From: an uncultured Bacteroidota bacterium
GTDB lineage: Bacteria > Bacteroidota > Bacteroidia > Flavobacteriales > TMED113
Reading direction: 5' to 3'
NCBI GenBank assembly: GCA_902533035.1
Contig: CACAKI010000001.1
Span: 33,917 to 97,916, forward strand
DNA: 64,000 bases
The position numbers and the translations under genes were made by a program. The notes beneath the pieces were generated by a model that did no database searches, had not been told where the DNA came from, and saw only the letters and a program-made list of their open reading frames with translations. Below are positions 29,491 to 37,397 of the stretch, piece after piece. Each line of letters begins with the position of its first letter. Position 1 is the first letter of the stretch.

Positions 29491-30392
29491 GGTATAAGTT
29501 TATTTAAAATGTTTGAAAACACTCCTTCATTTAGAGAGAGTTTAGTGGTGTATATATTTTTTATTTTATTATCCATCAAGAAATTTATTAAAATAATTGT
29601 AATTATTATATTTTCCGCTCTCATTTTTGTAAGGCCAGCTATTTTTGTTCGTTCATAAACAGTACTATTTAAAATTAAAGGGGCAATAGTAGTTTTGTAA
29701 TTTTCAATATTCAATTTATGATAATTAGTATCATATTTTTGGTTTAGTTCAATATTCGTTATGCAGTTAAAAGATCCAGAAGAGCCTATTAAATTTTTAA
29801 TACTATGTTTCTTTAGTAAAAGTATAAGTTCTTGTAATTCTTTTTTGAAAAATAAATAAATTTCTTCTTCTTCTTTCTCTTTTAATCGTTTGGAGGGGTT
29901 AAATTTCTGTATCAATAGTTGACTTCCAAATGAATAACTTTTACTAAAAATAGATTTCTTATTTTTTGTGATTATAAATTCAGTACTTGCTCCTCCAATA
30001 TCTACAATAACAAAGTTTCTTAGTTCTTTGATATTATTTGTTATGCCATCAAATATTAGTTTAGCTTCATTGTCTCCTGAAATAACATTTATAATTAAGT
30101 CAGTTTCCTTTTTGCATGTTGCTATAAAATCAGTTTTATTTAAGGCATTCCTTAAAGATGCGGTTGCTATTAGGTATATTTTTTCACAATTTAATTTTTT
30201 GCATATTTTTTTAAATTTTTTAATCTTAAAAATAGATTCAGAAACGGTTTTTTTTTGAATAATGTTTTTTTTTGTTCCTTTTCGTATACCAACATACTCT
30301 TCTTTTGAATATAAAGTTTTTTTTGAGTCAGTACAAGACACTAGTAAATTGAAAGTATTACTTCCAATATCAATAATTCCAATTTTTGACAT
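29469..30392 (-). CDS. Short Ppx/GppA-family phosphatase (ASKHA fold only, ~307 aa)
   Basis: N-terminal IDIGSNTFNLLV, plus VDIGGASTEF and SGDNEAKL motifs. It starts 1 nt after dnaJ and overlaps the activator gene by 22 nt. Confidence 0.7.
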   Translation of the reverse strand: MSKIGIIDIGSNTFNLLVSCTDSKKTLYSKEEYVGIRKGTKKNIIQKKTVSESIFKIKKFKKICKKLNCEKIYLIATASLRNALNKTDFIATCKKETDLIINVISGDNEAKLIFDGITNNIKELRNFVIVDIGGASTEFIITKNKKSIFSKSYSFGSQLLIQKFNPSKRLKEKEEEEIYLFFKKELQELILLLKKHSIKNLIGSSGSFNCITNIELNQKYDTNYHKLNIENYKTTIAPLILNSTVYERTKIAGLTKMRAENIIITIILINFLMDNKIKNIYTTKLSLNEGVFSNILNKLIPWQESLL

Positions 30393-30393
30393 T

Positions 30394-31503
30394 TTAATTG
30401 AACATTTCTTTTATCTTTTCAAAAAAAGACTTTTCTGATTTGTCAATTTTTGGAATAAATTCCTCGCAGTTTTTATTTTCTTCAAAAAATTTTCTTTGCT
30501 TGGGATTTACTTTTTTTGGAGTCCAGACATTCACATGTACTAAAAGGTCTCCTTTTTCTCTAGAGTATTCGCTAATATTAGGAATGCCTTTTGATTGTAA
30601 TCTGAGTATCTTTCCATTTTGAATACCTGAAGGAATATTTATCTCTACTTTTCCCTCAATTGTTGGAATTTGTTTTTTTGTTCCTAAAATTGCTTCAGAA
30701 ATATTTATGTATAAGTTATAGTGAATATTTACTCCATCTCTTATTAATTCTTCATGTTTTTGTTCTTCAATTAAAACTAGCAAATCACCATTTACACCTT
30801 CGAAGGGAGCTTCATTTCCTTCGTTTGGTATCTTTAACTGCATTCCTTCAGACACACCAGGTGGGATTTCAATTTCTGTAAAAGTTTCCTTTCGTATCAT
30901 GCCATTCTCATCTGCCTCAATTGGTTTTTTAGTAATTATTTTTCCTTTTCCAGAACATTGAGGGCAAGTAGAGCTAGTTTGCATTTGTCCTAGGATTGTG
31001 TTAGTAATTCTGGTTACTTGGCCTAATCCATTACATGCGTTGCAATTTGAAAACTCAATGTCTTTTGCTTGAATTAATTTTTTTACCTTTATTTTTTTCG
31101 TAGTACCCTCTGATATTTCTTGAAGGTTAAGTTTTATTCTAATTCTTAAATTAGATCCTCTTAATATGCGAGATCTACTGGAGCTTCTTCCTCCAAATCC
31201 TCCAAATCCTCCAAAAATATCTCCAAAGCTTTCAAAAATATCTTCCATATTCATACCTCCCCCAAATCCACTATTCCCACTTACTCCTTGATGTCCAAAT
31301 TGGTCATATCTACTTCTTTTTTCAGAGTTGCTTAATATACTATATGCTTCAGCAGCTTCTTTAAACTTCTCTTCTGCTTCTTTGTTTCCAGGGTTTTTAT
31401 CAGGATGGAATTTTATAGCTAATTTTCTATATGCTTTTTTTATGTCTTGGGAACTTGCATTTTTTTCTAAACCAAGAACCTCGTAATAATCTCTTTTATT
31501 CAT
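30394..31503 (-). CDS. dnaJ: Molecular chaperone DnaJ
   Basis: J domain DYYEVLG...KFHPDKN, a G/F-rich linker, and Cys-rich zinc-finger repeats ([16 protein letters not shown]). Confidence 0.97.
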   Translation of the reverse strand: MNKRDYYEVLGLEKNASSQDIKKAYRKLAIKFHPDKNPGNKEAEEKFKEAAEAYSILSNSEKRSRYDQFGHQGVSGNSGFGGGMNMEDIFESFGDIFGGFGGFGGRSSSRSRILRGSNLRIRIKLNLQEISEGTTKKIKVKKLIQAKDIEFSNCNACNGLGQVTRITNTILGQMQTSSTCPQCSGKGKIITKKPIEADENGMIRKETFTEIEIPPGVSEGMQLKIPNEGNEAPFEGVNGDLLVLIEEQKHEELIRDGVNIHYNLYINISEAILGTKKQIPTIEGKVEINIPSGIQNGKILRLQSKGIPNISEYSREKGDLLVHVNVWTPKKVNPKQRKFFEENKNCEEFIPKIDKSEKSFFEKIKEMFN

Positions 31504-31986
31504 TTATTTTCCAATTATAACTTTTGTAAATCTTATAATTTTTTCATTTAACAAGTATCCAGCTTCAATTTCTTCTACAATTTTTCCTTTTAACTTTTTT
31601 TCTTCGGTGGGAATTTGACTGATTGCTTCATGTTGATTGACATCAAATTCTTCTCCTTTAGACACGGAAATTTTTTTTAATCCTTCTCTTTGTAAGGCGT
31701 CAGATAATTTTTGATTTATTAATAAAAAACCGTCTCCTTTTTTCTGCTCTTCTCCGGCTTTTTGAGCTCTGTTAAAATCATCTAAAATTGGCAGTATTTT
31801 TGATATAATTAATTCTTTTCCATATTCAATGGACACTGATTTTTCTTTAATAGTTCTTTTTCTATAGTTTTCCCATTCTGCTAATAAACGCAGATATTTT
31901 TCATTACTTTCAGAAACTTTTTGTTCTAGTTCTTCTATTTTTTTCAGTTCATTATTTTTTTTAACTGATTTTCTTTTTTTTGTCAT
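31504..31986 (-). CDS. grpE: Nucleotide exchange factor GrpE
   Basis: 160 aa. Coiled-coil N-terminus, WENYRKR motif, C-terminal beta domain. The stop abuts the dnaJ start. Confidence 0.9.
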   Translation of the reverse strand: MTKKRKSVKKNNELKKIEELEQKVSESNEKYLRLLAEWENYRKRTIKEKSVSIEYGKELIISKILPILDDFNRAQKAGEEQKKGDGFLLINQKLSDALQREGLKKISVSKGEEFDVNQHEAISQIPTEEKKLKGKIVEEIEAGYLLNEKIIRFTKVIIGK

Positions 31987-32012
31987 GTGTTTATTGTGTT
32001 TATTGTATGAAT

Positions 32013-32028
32013 AGCAAAATCTTTGCCA
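32013..32028 (-). promoter_or_regulatory. Candidate sigma-54 (RpoN) -24/-12 promoter TGGCAaagattTTGCT upstream of grpE
   Basis: The minus strand reads T-GG-CA-N6-TT-GC-T, with GG and GC spaced exactly as in the consensus TGGCAC-N5-TTGCW. The only consensus mismatch is C6 to A. The predicted +1 is near 32002, 16 nt upstream of the grpE ATG. Confidence 0.5.
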
Positions 32029-32039
32029 AAATAAATATT

Positions 32040-32054
32040 ATGACAAGTTGTCAT
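32040..32054. promoter_or_regulatory. Perfect palindrome ATGACAA-g-TTGTCAT just upstream of the candidate -24 element
   Basis: 7+1+7 inverted repeat read directly, centred about 45 nt upstream of the predicted grpE transcription start and 7 nt downstream of the murA stop. Confidence 0.3.
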
Positions 32055-32060
32055 GATAGA

Positions 32061-33362
32061 TTAATTTCTTTTAATATTTGCGCCAATTTTTTGTAATCTT
32101 TCTACAATTTTTTCATATCCTCTATCTATTTGGTTGATATTATAAATAACACTTTTCCCTTTAGCAGAAAGCGCTGCTATTAATAGTGCTATTCCTGCTC
32201 TTATGTCAGGAGAGCTCATAGTGGTGCCTTTTAAAGAATATTTTCGATTGATTCCCACAACGGTTGCTCTATGAGGATCACATAGTATAATTTTTGCTCC
32301 CATATCTATTAACTTATCTACAAAAAAGAGTCTACTTTCAAACATTTTTTGATGAATTAAAATACTCCCTTTCGCTTGAGTTGCTAAAACTAAAATTATG
32401 CTAATTAAATCTGGCGTGAATCCTGGCCATGGCGCATCAGATATAGTTAAAATAGAGCCGTTCATAAACGTTTTAATTTCGTGTGTTTTTTGTTTTTTTA
32501 TAATAATATCGTCATCCTTTACCTTTAATTTTACACCTAGTTTTTGAAAAGTATTTAATATAATTCCAAGATTATCAATCGAACAATTTTTTATTGTTAG
32601 GTTAGATTGGGTCATTACAGCTAGACCAATCCAACTGCCAATTTCAATCATGTCAGGTAGTATCTTATGAGATGTTCCATGTAATTTTTTTACTCCTGTT
32701 ATTTTTATTAGATTGGTGCCTATTCCACTTATTTTTGCTCCCATTTTATTCAGCATTTTACATAATTGCTGAATGTATGGCTCGCATGCAGCGTTATATA
32801 TTTCCGTTATGCCTTTTGCTAATGTTGCTGCCATAATAATATTTGCTGTTGCAGTCACTGATGCTTCTTCTAACAATATTTTTTTTCCAATTAAACTTTT
32901 TCCTATAAGTTGATAAATGTTATTTTTTTTGATTTTTATTTTAGCTCCTAGATTTTCTAATCCTTTAAAATGAGTGTCTAGTGGCCTTCTTCCAATTTTA
33001 TCCCCCCCAGGTGTTAATACATTTACTTGACCTTCTCTAGCAATTAGCGGTCCCATAATCATAATAGAACCTCTTATTTTGGAACTAAGTTTTTTAAATT
33101 TTTCTTTTTTGACATAATTTTTATCTATTTTCTTAGCTTCAAAAATGAAATTATTGGCTTTTTTCCTTGTTACTTTTACTCCTAATATTTTTAATAATTT
33201 TATCAAATTCAGGACATCCGTTATTTCAGGTACATTTTTTAGTTCGATTTTTTCAGTTGTTAATAAACATGCTGAAATAATTTGTAAGGCTTCATTTTTT
33301 GATCCTTGTGGAGATATTGTTCCTGATAAACTTTTTCCCCCTATGATTTCAAAATTACTCAT
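32061..33362 (-). CDS. murA: UDP-N-acetylglucosamine 1-carboxyvinyltransferase
   Basis: 433 aa. Motifs GSKNEALQI, PGGDKIGRRPLD and RAGIALLIAAL. Confidence 0.95.
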   Translation of the reverse strand: MSNFEIIGGKSLSGTISPQGSKNEALQIISACLLTTEKIELKNVPEITDVLNLIKLLKILGVKVTRKKANNFIFEAKKIDKNYVKKEKFKKLSSKIRGSIMIMGPLIAREGQVNVLTPGGDKIGRRPLDTHFKGLENLGAKIKIKKNNIYQLIGKSLIGKKILLEEASVTATANIIMAATLAKGITEIYNAACEPYIQQLCKMLNKMGAKISGIGTNLIKITGVKKLHGTSHKILPDMIEIGSWIGLAVMTQSNLTIKNCSIDNLGIILNTFQKLGVKLKVKDDDIIIKKQKTHEIKTFMNGSILTISDAPWPGFTPDLISIILVLATQAKGSILIHQKMFESRLFFVDKLIDMGAKIILCDPHRATVVGINRKYSLKGTTMSSPDIRAGIALLIAALSAKGKSVIYNINQIDRGYEKIVERLQKIGANIKRN

Positions 33363-33369
33363 TACTTAC

Positions 33370-33987
33370 TTAAAATTTTTTTTTTATTCTGTGATTTGTT
33401 TTTTTTCTAATTCCTGATTTATGTTGTGAGTGATGTTTATGTTGAACATGAATATGTTCTAGGGTTAAATTTTCTGGAATTTCCACATTTTCATTAGAAA
33501 TTTCTCTTATTTGTTTGAAAATAAATTCATCTAATACACTAGATTTGTTCCAGTTCACAGAAGATCTTTTCATTTGATTTGCAATTGAACTAATCAACCT
33601 ATTTTTAACTGCCTCATCCTTTATATCAGGAACTTTATCTAACATGTTAATTACAAATTTACCATAATGCCTGTATTTTACTGTTCCTTGTGTATTATTT
33701 ATCATTTGAGGCCTTTCTAATTTTTCTGGTTTTTTTGGTATTGGGTATGGTGAATCTACATCAAGTTGAAAGTCAGACATGATAAATAGATGATCCCATA
33801 ATTTATGTTTAAAATCATTTACATCTCTCAAATGTGGGTTCAGGTTGCCCATAATTTGTATTACAACTTCAGCTTGCTGGTTCCTTTTTGTTCGATCTTT
33901 TATCAAACAAAGATTTTCTATTATTTGATGAATATGTCTTCCGTATTCGGGTATAATTAGTTTGGAAAGTTCTGTGTTATATTTCAT
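33370..33987 (-). CDS. DUF4290-family protein, the conserved Bacteroidota partner upstream of murA
   Basis: IPEYGRHIHQII, MGNLNPHLRDVNDFKHKLWDHLFIMSDF and a His-rich basic tail. The position directly upstream of murA is as expected. Confidence 0.65.
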   Translation of the reverse strand: MKYNTELSKLIIPEYGRHIHQIIENLCLIKDRTKRNQQAEVVIQIMGNLNPHLRDVNDFKHKLWDHLFIMSDFQLDVDSPYPIPKKPEKLERPQMINNTQGTVKYRHYGKFVINMLDKVPDIKDEAVKNRLISSIANQMKRSSVNWNKSSVLDEFIFKQIREISNENVEIPENLTLEHIHVQHKHHSQHKSGIRKKTNHRIKKKF

Positions 33988-34040
33988 AATATTTTTCTAG
34001 GATTCTTTAGTATAGATATTTTACATAAATATAATTTTTT

Positions 34041-36275
34041 TTAATCAATTATATCAAATTTTGCATATCTAACTAAAATAGTTTTTATGTTATTGTTTTT
34101 AAATTCTATTTTCATTTTTTGATTTGATTCCGTTAAATCGAGGATTTTTCCTATTCCAAAAATATTGTGTTTTATTTTTGTGCCAATTGTTAAATTTAAT
34201 TTTTCATTATTTTTTTCGTGATTTTTTAAATGAGGAATTTTAATTAGTTTCTTTTTCTGGTAACCAATTTTAATTTCACCTTGTATCTTTTTTTGCATAA
34301 ATTTTTTTTTTGCAACATGATTTTTGGTATTAGAAAATTCTAATTTTTCAATACATCTTTGGTCTATTTCGTTAAGAAACCTACTGGGTTCGTTATTTAT
34401 ATAACTATTGAAACGAAATCGTGTATAACAATATGAAAGATGTACTTGTTCTTTAGCTCTAGTGATAGCTACGTATAGCAATCTTCTTTCTTCTTCAATG
34501 TCTTTTATTGAAAACATGGCTTGTTGTGATGGGAAAATATTCTCTTCCATGCCTATGATATGTACATGTGAAAATTCTAATCCTTTTGATTGATGAATTG
34601 TCATTAAAGAAACATAATTTTTATTTTCTAAAGATTCAGTATTTTCATTTTCGTTTACAAGAACAGACTGGTCAAGAAAATTAGAAACAGTATTATTTTT
34701 ATGTTCATCACAAAATGATTTAATAGCATTTAATAATTCTCTGATGTTTTCAATTTTTGATGTGCTTTCAATTGTATTTTCTTGTGAGAGAATCTCAATT
34801 AAACTGAGGCTATCAATCAAGGCGCTAGTTAAAACAAATGCATTTTCAAATGTTTCAGTAGAAAACTTTTTCAATAGTTCATAAAAACTATAAATTTTAT
34901 TTTTAATTCCTTCATTTATATTAATTTCGATTTCATATATGTTCTTAAAAACTTCCCATAGCGTCATTTTATCTTTTATTGAAAAATCCCTCATTCTTTC
35001 AATGGATGTTTTTCCAATTCCTCTAGTTGGAAAATTGATTATCCTTAATAATGATTCTTCATCCTGTGTGTTAACTAGTACTTTTAAGTATGCTAATACA
35101 TCTTTTATTTCTTTTCTTTTGTAAAAAGACATTCCAAAAACTTTATAATTTATATTGAGTCGTCTTAATCCATCTTCAATACTTCTAGATTGGCTATTCA
35201 TTCTATAAAGTATTAAATGATCTGAGTAATTGTTTGTTGGGAATGCTGCTTTTATTTTTTTTGCAATTAATAATCCTTCCGATTTATCTGAATCTGTTTT
35301 TGTTAATTGTATTTTTTTTCCAGTCCCTTGTTTTGTCCAGATGATTTTTTCAAGTTTTTGTTCATTGTGTGAAATGAGGCTGTTTGCAGCATCTAAAATA
35401 ATTTTAGTTGATCTGTAATTTTCTTCTAATCTGAAAACTTTCGCATTAGTGTATAAAGTGCTAAAACTTAAAATATTATTAATATTTGCTCCTCTAAAAG
35501 AATATATACTTTGTGAATCATCACCAACAACACATAAATTCTTATTTTTTTGTGCTAAAATTTTTATTATTTCTAATTGTAAAATATTGGTATCTTGAAA
35601 TTCATCTATAAGAATGTATTTAAAAGTATCTTGATATTTATTTAAAGCTCCGGTATTTTTTTTAAATAGATTTAATGTATTGACTAATAGGTCATCAAAA
35701 TCCATATTGCCATTTTGCTTACATCTTGCAATATATGTTTTGTAAATGAAAAGAAATTTAGGTTGATTTTTAGTGTTGTCAGTTTTTTGCATTTCATAAT
35801 CTTTCTCATATTTTTCAGGATCTATTAAGTTGTTTTTTAATAGAGATATTTTGGAAAAAATAGCATTAGGTTTATATATTTCTTTGTCTAATTTATGATC
35901 TTGAATTATTCTTTTTATCATAGATTTAGAGTCATCATTATCTAGAATTGTAAAATGTCTACTAAATCCTATTAGTTCTGCTTCAATTCTTAATATTTTT
36001 GCAAATATTGCGTGAAAGGTTCCTGCCCAAAGATTCCATAGTGGCTTTTCTGTTACTATGGATTGTATTCTTGTTACCATTTCTTTAGCAGACTTGTTGG
36101 TAAATGTTAAAGCTAGAATATTATGAGGATTAATTCCCATATTTATAATGTGTGCTATTTTACACGTTATAACTCTTGTTTTTCCAGATCCTGGGCCGGA
36201 TATTATTATCATAGCCCCCTCTGTATTTTCCACACATTCTTTTTGAATTGAATTTAAGGAGTCAAGGTATTGCAT
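34041..36275 (-). CDS. uvrD: UvrD/PcrA/Rep-family ATP-dependent DNA helicase
   Basis: Walker A GPGSGKTRV, DEFQDTN, VGDDSQSIYSFRGA, TIHQSKGLEF and VAITRAK. The C-terminal Tudor-like tail is GTKIKHNIFGIGKILD. Confidence 0.9.
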   Translation of the reverse strand: MQYLDSLNSIQKECVENTEGAMIIISGPGSGKTRVITCKIAHIINMGINPHNILALTFTNKSAKEMVTRIQSIVTEKPLWNLWAGTFHAIFAKILRIEAELIGFSRHFTILDNDDSKSMIKRIIQDHKLDKEIYKPNAIFSKISLLKNNLIDPEKYEKDYEMQKTDNTKNQPKFLFIYKTYIARCKQNGNMDFDDLLVNTLNLFKKNTGALNKYQDTFKYILIDEFQDTNILQLEIIKILAQKNKNLCVVGDDSQSIYSFRGANINNILSFSTLYTNAKVFRLEENYRSTKIILDAANSLISHNEQKLEKIIWTKQGTGKKIQLTKTDSDKSEGLLIAKKIKAAFPTNNYSDHLILYRMNSQSRSIEDGLRRLNINYKVFGMSFYKRKEIKDVLAYLKVLVNTQDEESLLRIINFPTRGIGKTSIERMRDFSIKDKMTLWEVFKNIYEIEININEGIKNKIYSFYELLKKFSTETFENAFVLTSALIDSLSLIEILSQENTIESTSKIENIRELLNAIKSFCDEHKNNTVSNFLDQSVLVNENENTESLENKNYVSLMTIHQSKGLEFSHVHIIGMEENIFPSQQAMFSIKDIEEERRLLYVAITRAKEQVHLSYCYTRFRFNSYINNEPSRFLNEIDQRCIEKLEFSNTKNHVAKKKFMQKKIQGEIKIGYQKKKLIKIPHLKNHEKNNEKLNLTIGTKIKHNIFGIGKILDLTESNQKMKIEFKNNNIKTILVRYAKFDIID

Positions 36276-36329
36276 GTAGTAGTTTTATTAATTGATAAAT
36301 ATAAATTCTTTTTATTAAATCTGTTAATT

Positions 36330-36351
36330 AATAAAAATTTAAATTTTTATT
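36330..36351. repeat. Perfect 22-bp AT palindrome AATAAAAATTTAAATTTTTATT in the divergent uvrD/rpsL promoter region
   Basis: Read directly from the sequence. It shares AATAAAAATTTAA with the inverted repeat at 21387..21417. Confidence 0.6.
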
Positions 36352-36436
36352 TTGTTTTTTTTGATTATAACTAGCTCTTTAACAGATATTTGAGTTTTTT
36401 AGAAATAATTATTTTTAAAAAAAAGAAATAATATGG

Positions 36437-36467
36437 TTTGATATAAAAATTAAAAATTATAGATTTG
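36437..36467 (+). promoter_or_regulatory. Candidate Bacteroidota sigma-A promoter TTTG-N19-TAGATTTG for the ribosomal superoperon
   Basis: -33 TTTG at 36437..36440 and -7 TAnnTTTG at 36460..36467, with a 19-nt spacer. It lies ~67 nt upstream of the rpsL ATG. Confidence 0.5.
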
Positions 36468-36533
36468 CACACCTTTTGGGGAAGCTTATGCTTTTTCAAG
36501 AGGGGTTTAGGTAATTAAAATAATTTAAAAATT

Positions 36534-36908
36534 ATGCCAACGATACAACAGTTAATAAGAAAAGGAAGAAAAGTCTTTAAGAGTAAAAGTAAGTCAGGTG
36601 CTTTAGATACTTGCCCTCAAAGGCGAGGCGTTTGTACCCGTGTGTATACAACTACTCCAAAAAAACCAAATTCTGCGATGAGAAAGGTTGCGAGAGTAAG
36701 GCTTACTAATGGAAATGAGGTTAATGCATATATACCAGGAGAAGGTCATAATTTACAAGAGCACTCTATAGTACTTGTTAGAGGTGGTAGAGTAAAAGAT
36801 TTACCAGGGGTTAGGTATCATATAGTTAGAGGCGCTCTAGATACTGCTGGTGTAGAAGGAAGAAATCAGAGAAGATCTAAATATGGTTCGAAAAAACCTA
36901 AAAAATAA
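36534..36908 (+). CDS. rpsL: 30S ribosomal protein S12
   Basis: [12 protein letters not shown]..., [22 protein letters not shown]. Confidence 0.98.
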   Translation: MPTIQQLIRKGRKVFKSKSKSGALDTCPQRRGVCTRVYTTTPKKPNSAMRKVARVRLTNGNEVNAYIPGEGHNLQEHSIVLVRGGRVKDLPGVRYHIVRGALDTAGVEGRNQRRSKYGSKKPKK

Positions 36909-36917
36909 AATTAATAC

Positions 36918-37391
36918 ATGAGAAAATCCAGAGCTAAAAAAAGAATATTGTTACCAGATCCAAAATTTGGAGATACATTGGTGACTAGATTTGTTAACTG
37001 TCTTATGATTAGTGGTAATAAACAAAAAGCATTTAAAATTTTTTATAATGCATTAGATATAGTAAAAAAGAATGAAAATATAGATGAAGATCCATTAGTT
37101 GTTTGGAAGAAATCACTTTCAAATATAATGCCAGAGGTAGAGGTCAGAAGCAGGAGAGTAGGTGGAGCTACTTTTCAAATTCCTATGCCAGTGAGGCCAG
37201 AAAGAAAAATTTCAATGGGAATGTCTTGGTTAATAAATTTTTCAAGAAAACGAAGTGGTAAAACTATGGCTGAAAAATTAGCTGCTGAAATTGTTGCGGG
37301 ATTTAATGAAGAAGGTGGTGCTTATAAGAAAAAAACAGAGGTTCATAAAATGGCAGAATCTAATAAAGCATTTTCTCATTTTAAAATTTAA
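36918..37391 (+). CDS. rpsG: 30S ribosomal protein S7
   Basis: LPDPKFGD..., VEVRSRRVGGATFQIP. Synteny after rpsL. Confidence 0.98.
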   Translation: MRKSRAKKRILLPDPKFGDTLVTRFVNCLMISGNKQKAFKIFYNALDIVKKNENIDEDPLVVWKKSLSNIMPEVEVRSRRVGGATFQIPMPVRPERKISMGMSWLINFSRKRSGKTMAEKLAAEIVAGFNEEGGAYKKKTEVHKMAESNKAFSHFKI

Positions 37392-37397
37392 TTATAG

